Shown here: positions 28,621-41,880 of the stretch, one piece after another | Position numbering within the stretch: the stretch's first letter is position 1 | How the letters are laid out: every line of letters starts with the position of its first letter | From: Octopus vulgaris | Lineage: Eukaryota | Length of the DNA: 64,000 nt | Assembly: GCA_951406725.2 (NCBI GenBank) | Contig: OX597825.1 | Span: forward strand, 89,032,001 to 89,096,000 | Reading direction: 5' to 3' | Made by a program: the position numbers and the translations under genes | Notes under the pieces: generated by a model | What the model was told of the DNA's origin: nothing | Databases searched by the model: none | The model's input: the letters and a program-made list of their open reading frames with translations, nothing else

Positions 28621-29364
28621 CGGAGTTTGGGACGTACTACAGAGATCGAACTTTTAGTTACGTGTCACTATTTTTGATCCATATGTATTCTCATTGAGTG
28701 TTTGTGTCTATATGTTGTATACATGTGCGTGTATGTGTATATATATATATACGCGCATATATCTATGAAAGTGTGTGTATGCATATATATATATATATGT
28801 ATAAATATCCATTCATACACACACATACATGTATGTGTGTGAGAGTGTGTGTGCAATAATAAGTATGCAATAATTTAATGACAGTGCCATACAGCAGGTG
28901 TTGTGCACCAATCTTCATCTAAATGTTTCCTATTGTACAACAAATTGTATCTCTGAGAGAGTTATGTGCACTCTCTCACCCTCTCTATCTCTTCATACAG
29001 AACGTTGTACTTCTTACTGCCAGGCAGATGTTGTAGTTAATATTTCATTTGCGGCTGAAGATGATGTATAAACTTCGCCCACTGATCTTTCTTGCAATAC
29101 CGAAACACGTGCTCCGAAATGAATCTACGGAACAGTATTGCAGCGCATTCGTTAACAGGAATGCATTTTTTTCTATCCTAATAGCTCTACATCCGCGTTT
29201 CACACTCTCATTCTATCCCTCACTCTCCCGGTCTATCTCTCTCTCTCTCTCTCACTCTCCCTAAATATACATATGCGCGTGTGTATGTGTGTGATCCTTC
29301 GTTGGCCCGTATGTTTGCATGTGAGCATGTATGTATGTATGTATACAAACATATACATACACAA

Positions 29365-29412
<48 letters not shown>

Positions 29413-29414
29413 CA

Positions 29415-29593
29415 TTCACCATGATTGATCGCTAGCCACGAGACCTTTTTTATTTTCTCTCTCTGTTTATTTCTGTCGAAGAGCGTAGGCTCGAAACGTA
29501 AAACATTTTCTCACTTCCCTTCCCGAGCGTCAACTAATACATCTGTTTGTCGTTTACTTTGTCTTTTGCTTTGTTTGTGCTTTTGTAAATTCC

Positions 29594-29598
<5 letters not shown>
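29415..29598 (+). mobile_element. Solo pLTR of the family at 2359-2570, with hammerhead motif at 29470-29503
   Basis: TTT-CTGTCGA-A-GAGC(GTAG)GCTC-GAAA-CG-TA-AAA. Flanks are alignable to the reverse complement of 2360-2565. (TA)n lies on both sides. Confidence 0.8.
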
Positions 29599-29648
<50 letters not shown>

Positions 29649-29657
29649 ATATATATA

Positions 29658-30526
29658 ATTTTTCCGTAATGAGATAAAAAGAAAAGCCGAGGCTTTGTAG
29701 ATTTTATAACATTTATAAATAGAAGGTCTTACACCTTTTTTTTTTATATTCCTTCATCGCAGACGGTTTAAGAAGATGGTTTAGCAATAGTCAATTTAGA
29801 TAAGATACGAAGTAGAGAGTGAGGTGGAGGAATGAAAATAAACGTGAGATATGCAGGGATATTGTATACGTAGATTCATTGTTTAGGCAGAATCATATAT
29901 ATAAAAGATTGCTATTTTTTTATTGCCCTCAAGGGGCTAAACATAGAGGGGACAAACAAGGATAGACAGACGGAGTAAGTCGATTATATCGACCCCAGTG
30001 CGTAACTGGTACTTAATTTATCGACCCCTAAAGGATGAAAGGCAAAGTCGACCTCGGCGGAATTTGAACCCAGATCGTAACAGCAGATGAAATATGGCTA
30101 CGCATTTCGCCCGGCGTGCTAACGTTTCTGCCAGCTCGCCACCTTAATATATACATATAAGATACATATAAGATTGTATACATATAAGATTCCATTACCT
30201 TATGAGGAAAATCCAATTGTATTTAAAATTGTATGGGACATAGACACTTAGTACAGACACGTTGTATAGAGTATAAACACAGAGTGTATACACGGTGCTA
30301 TTGAATCAAGGGTTTTATTTAATAACACTGTGTATAAACTCTATACTTGGAATAACCAATTTTAAATATCATTGGAATTTACTCATAAGGTATTGTAATC
30401 TTATATGTATACAAATCCGTCTAAATAATGGATCTACAAAAGCAATATCCCTGCATATCTGACATCTATTTACATTCTCCCACCTCACTATTTCGTTTCT
30501 TATTTTTATCTCATTACGGAAAAAAT
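29658..30526. repeat. Large imperfect fold-back centred near 30310, left arm interrupted by a SINE
   Basis: Three blocks each have reverse-complement counterparts at 30317-30526: ttttccgtaatgagataaaaa, gtgaggtgg..gatatgcagggatattg and catataagatt..accttatgag..atttaaaattg. Confidence 0.85.
29913..30143 (-). mobile_element. tRNA-derived SINE, near full length
   Basis: Reverse strand: ggtggcgagctggcagaaacgttag (A-box-like), gggttcaaattcc (B box), gataaattaagtaccagtt..actggggtcgat core. Confidence 0.88.
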
Positions 30527-30678
30527 ATATATATATACACACGCTGATATATGAACTACGTTGGACTCCTTATTCGCATAATCACCTAACCTGGAGCTTA
30601 ACTATGGTCTATCCATAGCACTTATTCAGTATTACCTGACACCTTTGGGTCTCACTGACCCCAATAACTCTTACAAGT

Positions 30679-30718
<40 letters not shown>

Positions 30719-30842
30719 ATTAAAACCTTAGGATAGCAAGAATATTCATAGAAAAATTCTTAGTTACCAGTGGTCTAGCGAGAAAAAAAAAATTAGTCAA
30801 TAGACTATATATTATTCAAAGAAGAATACAGTATACGTTCAA

Positions 30843-30960
30843 ACACAAAAGAGATACCCGAAGAATAGGATTTCTGACTCGCTAGAAACAGCAGTGGTGG
30901 CTTGGAGTTTTAACTGCTCTTTCTAGCGTGTCAGATATCCTATTCTTCGGGTATCTCTTT

Positions 30961-30965
<5 letters not shown>
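30843..30965. repeat. Hairpin, 53-bp arms, 17-nt loop
   Basis: Arms at 30843-30895 and 30913-30965 with 3 mismatches. The right arm abuts (TA)n. Confidence 0.93.
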
Positions 30966-30997
<32 letters not shown>

Positions 30998-31373
30998 ATA
31001 ATACAGTGATTGTTTCTTGTCAGGAACAAAAAGATTAATAGGACCGCTATAGAAGTGCTCTATTGAAAGAGACAAATATATCAAACTAAGGTTAAAGAAT
31101 AAACAAATGCAAGGTCATCCGCATAACATTTCATAATTCGAGCATTTAATCATAGAATATACATATAAACATCCCGCAAGATGGAACGTAATTCATCTAT
31201 ACAAGCATACAAGCATATAATAAAGTGCGAGAAAAAAGTTCATCACGGTTTAGAGTTAATAATTTAGCGATTCAGAAAAATACATTTTTTAAAAAAAAAA
31301 CATTACAACATCTAAAAAGTAAAAATATAATATAAAGTAATATATAAAAATATATAGGTATATAAAAATATAT

Positions 31374-31465
<92 letters not shown>

Positions 31466-31554
31466 AAGCATATAAAAAACATATAATATATCATGTAAAT
31501 AAAATAAAAGTTCATCGTTTAGAAATCTTATAAAATTTTTCAAGTAGGAGAAGC

Positions 31555-31596
<42 letters not shown>

Positions 31597-33553
31597 GCAT
31601 TCATTGAGATGCACGACTGTAGCGAAACACAAAAGTTCCCAGATTTTGAACGTTTGTTTACTACTAAGACAAATAGGCAAATTTCCCATATTAATCTGGT
31701 AGAAAATAAAAACTTTACCAGCCTGATGTCTCAAGTGAATTAGTTTCTTAGATACACGCTAACTTCAATTTGTTTTTAAATTATATCATTTCTCTATAGC
31801 CAGCTTAACATGGATGTCTTGTAAGAGCCAAACAGCTCGTTATTGGCTTTGAGGCGCTTGCTGTCTTGGATAAAGAATTCGTTTTCGCAAGAATACTGCT
31901 TCTGTCTGTAGAAATAATCTCTTTGGCTATTTGCGACATCAGTGTCTGAAAAAAATTCTAATATTCCATAAATCGTAGCAGCGAGACTTGAGTGACATGT
32001 GTTGACCGACGTTCCACACTGATGGTTTCCGGAAGAATAACATAACGTCATATGAGAATTTCCGGTGCAGACGCAAGTGATTATTGTCTGCTACGATCTA
32101 TGTGCGTGCTTTAAAGCACCAAGAGCTTAATTGAGAGGATATCTCAAGGCTAATAACGCAGTATACGGTGAATACATTTTAGTATTAATATTGCCACCAT
32201 CACTGATAGTTAAATATTATATCATTGTTTATTTACTTATCAATATTCGACCACACCTTGTCAAACTATTGTAGGGTGAGCCCGACTTTTGTCTGAAGAT
32301 ATCTTCTAATATCTTGGTGAAAATAAGCATGAACTTAGCACGATTTATCACATGGTGTTTCTGTATGTTTCACCAAGTCACGAAACCAGCTTCCAATGTG
32401 CAAACCCCAGTGAGCTAAGTCGAAGCTGGATGGATCTACACCACAATTATACCACTGACATAAAGAATATATAATATCTTAAACATTCAGCCTATTAATC
32501 GCACAAGTTATAGACATTTGGTTGATATTTTCAAATCATTCTGTTCATCTATTTTGGATCGAAGTTAATTTTCGACAATTGTTATTAAATAGTAAGTAAA
32601 TGTTGAGCTAAAGAAGTCCAAGGGCAGTCCATTTGTGAATAGAACGACTTTGACGCCATTGCAAAGTTTTTGCTGGTTTCACAAACATACTTCAATTTAG
32701 AAATGATATTCCTATGATGAAAATAGATTCAGAATGTGGTGAATAATTTCTAATGTCTTTTCTGGTTTGCGTCGAAAAAAAAACACACAAAAAGAAAAGA
32801 AACAATAAGGTTTAAAAATCCCGTAAATTATGTTACAATTTTCAGTTTGTTACTATTGACATTGACCGTTGATTCTATGAATATACCATTCGTGTTTCTC
32901 CTTCAATTTATTTGCTAAATGATTTTGAGTTGCATCTCTTACCCTTCTTCACTGTTTGCTTTGTCAGTAAGGAAGTGAATGATACAGCTCTTAGAAATTT
33001 CTAACGATACATTTATATCCAATGGCAACTGCATTCATTTCAGTAATTTGTGGAAAGTTTATAATAGCAATGATATTTCCATTCAAATTATATAATAAAG
33101 TATTCTGGGAAAATGATTGCGAAATAGCAATACAATGGCAGCGGTTGTATTTAGACATGAAGTGCAGAATATTCTTATCAAAAGAAAAATGGTGAAGAAG
33201 GTATAAAAAATAATGCAATATTGTATGATGGGATAATAAAATTGAATCAGAAAATAAATGAACTACCGAATTCTGTGGTGTCTCCTGGGGATAAAGGCGT
33301 CAAATAGCCGTCAAGTGAGCGGTTATAAAAGTAGAGACAGTCACAATGATAATAAGTGAGTCATGTTAAAAAAAAAAGAACGCAAAATATTTTCATATTT
33401 TACAGTTTTTAGCTTCATAATGTGATTCATTCCAATGATTTACATCCTTCTGTAATATATTGATTGGCAGATTTGAAAAACATTTCCAAGTTTTAAAAAA
33501 GCAGCTGTGTAAAACTGGTGTTTAATCTTCGTAAAGTATTAATATATGTATAC

Positions 33554-33638
<85 letters not shown>

Positions 33639-33710
33639 CTCTCTCTCACACACACACACATATATACATATTAAATTATAATTATATAATATAATTATAT
33701 TCAAGAGTGA

Positions 33711-33876
33711 GGATAAACCCCACCAATACGCTAGAAATAGATACCAAATGGCTCTATAGACGGCATCAACGTTCCGTTAGCACAGGTTGTAAGCGGGAAA
33801 CCTGTGCTAACGGAGTGTAGATGTCGCTTTTAGAGCCATTTGGCGTCTATTTCTGGTGTGTTGGTGGGTTTTATCC
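33711..33876. repeat. Imperfect palindrome, 78-bp arms, 10-nt loop
   Basis: ggataaacccc..tccgttagcacaggtt / aacctgtgctaacgga..gggttttatcc. Confidence 0.9.
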
Positions 33877-34146
33877 AAACCATTTAATATAATTAAGTTA
33901 TATATATATAACATCGTATAAATTGTTACCTACATGGTTTAATTTCAGGCTGCACCATTGATAAGATTATTAAAGTGGTTTTATCCCGAATTTTCTATAA
34001 TATATATATTTACTAAGAGATTCCAATAGCAACATTAGGTAATGATAATATTCAATTAATTATTGTTTCATAGCCTAGTATTTTTTGTGGATAGTAATAT
34101 TCTTAAAATAATAGGTCTAAATATAAATATTCAAAATTAAAATTTA

Positions 34147-34504
34147 ATGTAGCATTAATACAATTTATTAGCTGCAAAAATCCAAAATATTCTCTTACAG
34201 CTGTTTCAGTGTAGTCTAAAAGATTAAATTACAATAATTGAATAATTGTATTAGGCAAAATCTCATCAGAGCGGTAGAAAGATATGCCATTTGTTTATTA
34301 GGTGTCGTGTTTTCTCATAAACTGCTGAGATTTTTTGAAAACATATTACCTAATAACTTAACGCTGTATCTTTTCTACCCCACTGAGGAAATTTTGCCTA
34401 ATAAAATGTTTTATTTACTGTAATTTAATCTTTGATCTAAATTGAAACAGCTGTAAGAAAATATGTTGGATTTTTGCAGTTAATAAATTATATTAATGTA
34501 ACAT
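34147..34504. mobile_element. Inverted pair of pLTR fragments, each with a hammerhead motif
   Basis: Arms at 34147-34284 and 34367-34504. Minus copy CTGATGA..GAAACAGCTGTA (34192-34272); plus copy CTGAGGA-AATTT..AAATT-GAAACAGCTGTA (34383-34455). Confidence 0.8.
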
Positions 34505-34508
34505 CTCC

Positions 34509-34592
<84 letters not shown>

Positions 34593-35597
34593 TGGTTCTA
34601 TATGCCAAAGAAAGAAGCACTGAACAAATATTTAATTTGTGTTACATATATTATTTAATCCGTTTTCTTTGACCTCGTGCGACTTAATGTTTCGTAGACA
34701 TTTTACAGAAGTTAGACAAATGGAGATTTGCGGAAAGTCCAAGAAGTTTAAAGGAAGCTACGCTGCGATTGGTTAAGGCAGCTCACGTGGTATTGTTAGA
34801 AGTGAGATCGACACTCCAGGGATATCAGATGCATTAAAAATAAGAATTTCTTGGACTATGTGATTGAACTGCATAGCGGTTTAGAGTGCATCCTGTGTCT
34901 ATGAAACATTATGAGTTTTAGCAATTGTTAAATATCGTAACTAGTTTGTATGTGACAACACAAGGATCACAGGAGAGTGATGCCTAAACTATCGGGTGAA
35001 ACACAATATATTCCTACTGAATATAACGGACATGTGAGAGAAAAACCGTGGCTGAGGGCAAAAAATATTCGTCATGTTTGTACTTCGTGGCTGGTGGGGT
35101 TACACTTGCACCTACTTAAGTGTGTTAACTGTGCGGAGGAGAGAAACAAGAAAGAAATCTGCTACATCTTGGGTGAAAATAACATAGCTATTAATGTATA
35201 CCCTTAATACTAACCAACAAGGATGCGGGGAGCGACAGTGCTCCATGTTGCTGATACTATGACTTCCACTGTGGAAAAGCCTGCATGTATGCATATTTAT
35301 GTGTTCGTATGTGTGTGTGTCTGTGTGCATATATATATCTGTGTGTGTGTGTGTGTGTGTTTGACTACACATTTGAATGAGGTGCCATGGAATAATTGCT
35401 AAAAGGGAAGCAATGGATATAATCGTTATGTGAAACATAGGTAGTATTAGAATAAAATAGCTATATGTGTATCATACATAGCGAAAAAGTATATCAGTTG
35501 CAGTATTGGTCCGCAGAATAAAGCTAGGAATACATTTGCATGAACTGTTGATTACCGAGTGATTCACATATTATAGAAGTATTACATAAATATTATG

Positions 35598-35680
<83 letters not shown>

Positions 35681-35689
35681 GTCTGTCTA

Positions 35690-37234
35690 GGGGTCTGGTT
35701 TGGTCCGGACCTCCAAGTGGAGAAGAACTGGAACGAGATAACGAGTAGGGTGGTCACTCTCGCCCGGCAATGGGCCGAGAGGAAACTGTCCCTAAAAGGT
35801 CGAGCGGAGGTGGCGAACACGTACATCGCGTCCGTCATCTACTACCGCCTGACCGTCGTACCTTGTCCCGACCCTACCATCACCAAACTACAACGCATCC
35901 TCTTTCGCTTCTTGTGGAAAGGATGCGTCCCGATGGTCAGGCGATCCATTTGCTGTCAACACCCGTTAAAAGGAGGGCTGGGCATGCCGTGGTTGATGAT
36001 GCGCAGACACGCGCTGAGACTGCGACATCTCTGGCTCTATGTAGACGACGGTGAACAGGTGTGGTCGCCGTTTGTGAGGCACGCTTTCCCGCAGCTCGTC
36101 TCCATGACCGAACTGCAGTCGTGGATCAAAAAGAGGCCGAGGATGGGCGAATGGCACCGCGAGTGTCGCGTTGCTCTCAAGCAACTCTGCCGTCCTGGGT
36201 CGACCTTAAGTGACTTCAACACAACCAAAGCATTCTATAGGGGTTTAGTGGAGGGGAGGTACGACGACGAGCTCGGGGCGAACCTGGACGTCGACGAGGA
36301 GTACCTGACCCGCCTGTTCAGGACGACTTTCGGGCCAGGGCCCATGGACAACTTCTAGAGATCCCTGGCCTGGCAGTGCTACCGAGAAGCGCTACCCGTT
36401 CGGGATAAGCTCTACAGACACGCCTCGAGAAACACGGGGCCGACCTGCCCGAGATGCGGTCAGAGCGACGAAACCGTTCTGCACGCACTCGTTCAGTGTC
36501 CAACAATTTCCGACCTGTGGGCTTATGTCGAACAACTGCTGTCACGTGTGGGACGAGTCGGTTTATCAGCTGAGTCTATCGTCAATATTGTCACGCCTCC
36601 TTCCTTCAAACGGGAAGGAAGAGCTATTTTCATCATCCTTGTGGCTATGGCGAAAGAATGTATCTGGTGGACGCATCTGAAAGGATTGGAGACAAACACT
36701 TTCCTCTCTGGTCAATCTCTCATCAACTTCTTCAAGTACCACTTGAAAAGGAAAGTGAGAGTAGAGAGGCAAGTTTTGTCTAGCGAATGTTTTAAAAAAA
36801 GATGGGTGAATGTAGCAAGAATGGCACGTATGAATGACGAAGCCACCTTGAGCATAGTCCTATGAACCCAGAAATTGAAAACAGAGAGTTGCTTATTTGC
36901 AAAAAAAAAAAAAAAAAAAGAAATATAAAATGTGACTTCATTGACCGAGGTTACCGTGGTCTTTTCCGTAGGTTTTTCTTTCCACGGATAAACCCCACCT
37001 GTCCTCCCCTTTACACTTCATATTGACATTTCTGTGATAACGATCCCTATTGATCAATTTTTTTTTCCTCTCCCCCTTTTTTTAACCCCCTGTCCTCTTT
37101 CTCTCCTTTTACGATCCCTTTTGATCGAAACTCCCCCTTCCTTTTTTTTTTTTTTTTTTTAAACCTTCAAAAGAAAAGCTCTACCTTGTAATTTGTTCTA
37201 TCTGTGTGCAGCCCTGTGTGGCTTATAAAGAAAC
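35690..37234 (+). mobile_element. Tx1/L1-clade LINE, 5'-truncated, inserted in (TATC)n
   Basis: GVWFG..W.ERKLSLKGRAEVAN..FLWKG..GGLGMP. One in-frame stop at 36356-36358, then LPVRDKL..CPRCGQSDETVLHALVQCP (CCHC) to the stop at 36865. The 3' UTR ends at ataaagaaac. (TATC)n lies on both sides. Confidence 0.9.
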
Positions 37235-37249
37235 ATATCTATCTATGTG

Positions 37250-37320
<71 letters not shown>

Positions 37321-38927
37321 GTCTATCTGTCTATCTGTCTGTCTGTCTGTTTCTTTCTGTCTATTTATTAATTTGTCTATATATCTATATGTCTATCACA
37401 CACACATACATACATACACACACACACATGTATCCAATGTTACAAACTCACATGCACACATACACACTCACGCACACTCACACACACGCATCACAATATA
37501 CTTACATAATTCTGCATGACCAGCTGAAGTTTCTCCGAATGACCTTTTCTTGAATCTAGTGTGTTTTTTTAACTTCCGTATAAGGAAATACTTTCAAGTA
37601 ACAGCAAGACATTTAGTCACTGAAAGAGGTTGCTCTCTCTCTCTCTCTCTCTCTCCAAAGTTTAATTCGCCTCAATGAATAAATCGTGATATCTAAATAT
37701 TAGTTTCGATTAATATTTTTGTGGTCTACACAAACTACTTCCGAAATGTCAAGTACTGTTTGCTTTGCGTATATCAAACCGGTTATTTTTCTCCTCTAAT
37801 ATTTTCCTAGTAACATGCCTGAGCAAACAATAGACATTTCCACTTCCAGAAAATTTAGAAACCGTGTTTTAAAGAAACATTTTCATCCTGCGTATTTGGA
37901 AATTATCCAAGTGGATAAAATATTAAAGTACAGTCAGACGACTGCATGGATGGAATTGACAAGTTGGAATTCTGAAGGAAAGAATTATATTTTTTCTAGT
38001 TCTATTTATTTTTTCGGAACATATGCTCGGAGAACTCATACAACAGCCACCAAGTCAATGGTTGACTGTATAGATTCTACGAATGGTATTGGAGTTGTTT
38101 CTCGAAGTCAGCCTCGATCAAACAGTCATGTGACCAAGTGTTCCCACCACACTTTTCTGACTTTTCGTATAACTCGGCCTACATTAGGTAATATGTCATT
38201 GCTTTTGCCCAACCTTCGGATACAAGTTGAGAGAAATGTGGTTGCTAGCGATTGAATCGTCCACACAACGTCATTCATCAGTATTCTCATGCGGGGAAAG
38301 GAGGACAACAAACCAGATATGACGTGATTTCACTTCAGAGTAACACATAACGAAATACTTACGGATGTAGAGCTGCAGTTTGCCATTTGCTCTAGTAGTT
38401 TTATTCATCGGAATCCAGGCTATATTCCCTCGTATATTATCATCAGATAAATTTGACGATTCAAACTGCTATAATATGCAATTATCAAGTTACTTCATTC
38501 AGAAGTAATGTGATCATATTCGAAAACCACTCCATCCCCACCATGATTTTAAGGTGGGAGAATGGCATTTTACGATACACAATAAGAATCATCTTCAGAA
38601 CAATTTTCTTGTAGCAATGAATTAGTAAATAGGAATTATTTCCCCTAAAATTTCTGATATAAGTTGAAATCTAACAATTGTTAACTTATGTATGTATGAA
38701 TGTCCGTACATATGAGAAATGGTAGATGTACATTCTTCTTGAGAGCAGTCTATACTGCATTACAGTGTGTATATTTATTAAATAAATTCTCTAACTACAA
38801 AGCAGGTTGGACTTACAATTCGAACTGAGAGGTAAAATATGGACTGCCACATTAGCATGGCGATAACTATTAATATCCAGCACCGCTCCGTAGCCTCCTT
38901 TAGAGAGACTTAGAAACAATAATATTT

Positions 38928-38987
<60 letters not shown>

Positions 38988-39684
38988 CAACTTATCTAAG
39001 TCTTACATCATATATAATTTTTGCACACAATATATTATTTAGAATAATATAGTTGTTGATTTAGATCTTATGTGAAAGATAAAGGAAATCAGAATAAAAA
39101 CTTTTTTTTCAAATGTGAATGTTTGTATATTTTCTCTTCATTGAGAATGTCACGATTTCGCTCGCTTCTGAAAGGGAAATGTTCTTCATACTTCAATCAT
39201 CAGCGTCTGCTTACAACAGTTACAATAATATTTGAAAGGTTGTCAACAATGACATATTGCGCATCACATCCTTCCCCCGTCCTCACTTCGTTGAGAGAAA
39301 CCGGAAACTCCTCCAATAATAAAATCAGCCGTCGGTTATTTATTTAATCATGAATGAGACTCTACAACATTTTCTAAAATTAGACATCATTGATCTAAAT
39401 GAAATTTTGATGTGTTTAATTGTTATGTGTGTTAAGTAAAGCAAGAAGTATTTTCGTTTATTGGGAACGATGCCAGTCTATATCGGCGAGTGATTTGCTC
39501 TCACTTCGAAGTCCAACTTGCTTTGTAATTGGGGAATTTATCTTAATAAATATACACACTGTAATGCAGTATAGACTACTCTCAAGATATATGTGCATCT
39601 ACCATTTCTCATACGTACATTCATACATTCATGCATACGTATTTATATATATGTATATATATATATGTGTTTCTGTGTGTGTGT

Positions 39685-39981
39685 GGAGACACATGGCGTG
39701 GGGGTTAGAGCAGCGGACTCGCGGTCGAGGGATCGCGGGTTCGAATCTCAGACCAGGCGATGTGTGCGTTTATGAGCGAAACACCTAAGCTCCACGCGGC
39801 TTTGGCAGAAGGTAATGGCGAACTTCTGCTGACTCTTTCGCCACAACTTTCTCTCACTCTTTCCTCCCGCATCTTGCAGCTCACTTGCGACGGACCGGCG
39901 TCCCGTCCAGGTGGGGAACCTATACGCCAAGGAAACCGGGACCCGGCCCTATGAGCCAGGCATGACTCGAGAAGGAACAAA
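39685..39981 (+). mobile_element. tRNA-derived SINE with V-domain-like core
   Basis: tggcgtgggggttagagc (A box), gggttcgaatctc (B box). tgcgacggaccggcgtcccgtccaggtg resembles the V-SINE core. Confidence 0.8.
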
Positions 39982-39992
39982 CATGTATATGT

Positions 39993-40028
<36 letters not shown>

Positions 40029-40176
40029 ATAAATACATATATATATAGTAATAATAATAATAGAAAAAATCCATGAATGGAATTTATACATATTTCAATG
40101 CATCGCTAAGCGCATTTCCACAAATCACACATTTGTGACCATAGTCCGCATACCTGGAATGATAACAGCCCAGTCT

Positions 40177-40264
40177 ATGGTCATCAGGTGAGTCTTTGTT
40201 CATGCGTTCATTTCTTCAGGCGATATGGCATGAGCGCATGAACATAGACCCATCTGATCTTCAT
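40177..40264 (+). ncRNA. Candidate pre-miRNA-like hairpin
   Basis: 38-position stem with no bulges (29 Watson-Crick, 4 G-U, 5 mismatches) and a 12-nt loop, in unique sequence. Not matched to any miRNA family I recognise. Confidence 0.45.
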
Positions 40265-40492
40265 GTACTTGGTCATAAAATAATAAAGAATCGGTACTTG
40301 GTCATAAAAACATGAGATTTGTGAAAACGTGTGCAGCTATGAATTAAAATATTTATAAATTCCCTCCATATATTATTTTTATTATTATTAATATATTTAT
40401 CCTACAATTATTTCAGCAAAACTCGTATGATCACGTAAAACTACTGTTGCAAGTTCGAATCAATAGGCCGTAGCCGACATAATAATATAGGA

Positions 40493-40529
<37 letters not shown>

Positions 40530-40559
40530 GAGTGTTTTGATGTCTGGCCCGCATACATA

Positions 40560-41779
40560 GGGCTGCCACACTTTTTGACTTCAATTTCCGCAATTCTCTT
40601 CCACCCATCTGGTAGAATTACAAGGACGCTCTTCCAGAATTCTCTTGTCCGTCACGATACTCCTCCAGTACTGTCCTGACCTCGTCAATGAAATTCATTT
40701 TATTTCCTTTCAAATTATTTTGAAGACAGCGGAATAAATGATAATCAGATGGGGCAATGTCCAGCGAATATAATGGGTAGAGTATCATTTCCCATTCATA
40801 CTGCTCCAGTCTTTGAAATCGCAGCCTCCGTTTACGTGACCGAGCATTATCCTGATGGAAAAACATCTTTCATCTTGAAATTAAAGACGGTCGCTTTTCA
40901 TCGAGCTCTAATTTGAGCCGCTCAAGCTGCTCGCATTGGATCTTCTTTGTTATCATTTGATTTGAGTTTAAAAGTTCAAAGTGGACTTCACCTTTCATAT
41001 CCTTTTCATATCACCTTTCAATAGATAACAACACCTTACGTGGGTGAAGACCTTCTTAGCTTGGGGTGCTGGTGTTTCTACTTTCCCAACCTACTGTCTT
41101 CAGAGCTTGATATTTTTTTATACAGAACCCATTTCTTATCACCAGCTACTACTTGGTCAAAAAAGGGATCGTTCATGAGACGTGACAGCAAATAAGAGCA
41201 CACATTCACTCTCTGCGCACGATTAGACTCGAAAAGTTTGTGAGGAATCCATTCACCCAATTTTTTTACTTTTCCGAAGGCACAAAGGTGTCGATGAATG
41301 GTTGAATCACTAAATCCAAGATTTTCTGCCAGTTCCTCAACAGTTACGATGGGGTCTTCTTCCACCATGGTTTGCTGGATTACCTCCTCGAACTCTACTA
41401 ATCTTTCAGGACGAGGCTCGTGTTCTAGGCTGTAGTTTTCGGCTGGGAATTTCTGGAACCACCGTTGGCACTGGCTTACGCTTATCGTTCGATTCCCATA
41501 CACTGCATTAATATTTGTCGCATTTTCCGTTGCGTTGTGGCCTTTATTGATCTCATAAAGCAAAATATGACGAATATGTTCCTTTGTCACTTCCAAAATA
41601 GCTTTGAAAAAATAACTATTAAAATCGAACTGCACTCTTCAAAACTTGCACTAAGAATAAGTAAAAAGAAAAATTGGTTTTTGAATATATAGCAAGCTGA
41701 TGGTGGTAGTTTATCCCGTCCCCCACCATCTCTTAGATCATGTAATTGAAAAAACCGCGATATTTATAGGATGACCCAA
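40560..41779 (-). mobile_element. Mariner transposon, decayed transposase; 5' TIR present, 3' TIR not seen
   Basis: HIRHILLYE, QRWFQKF, WIPHKL, VAGDKKWVLY, FHQDNARS, YSLDIAPSDYHLF. TIR TA|TTGGGTCATCCTATAAATATCGCGGTTTT at 41751-41781. Confidence 0.92.
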
Positions 41780-41801
41780 TATATACACACACACACGCAC
41801 A

Positions 41802-41880
<79 letters not shown>

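Noticed and set aside
37815-38311. 146-aa and 61-aa ORFs in unique sequence
   Set aside because: No recognisable domain or convincing exon boundaries.
39685-39760. tRNA gene
   Set aside because: It is the tRNA-like head of a SINE and has no complete cloverleaf or acceptor stem.
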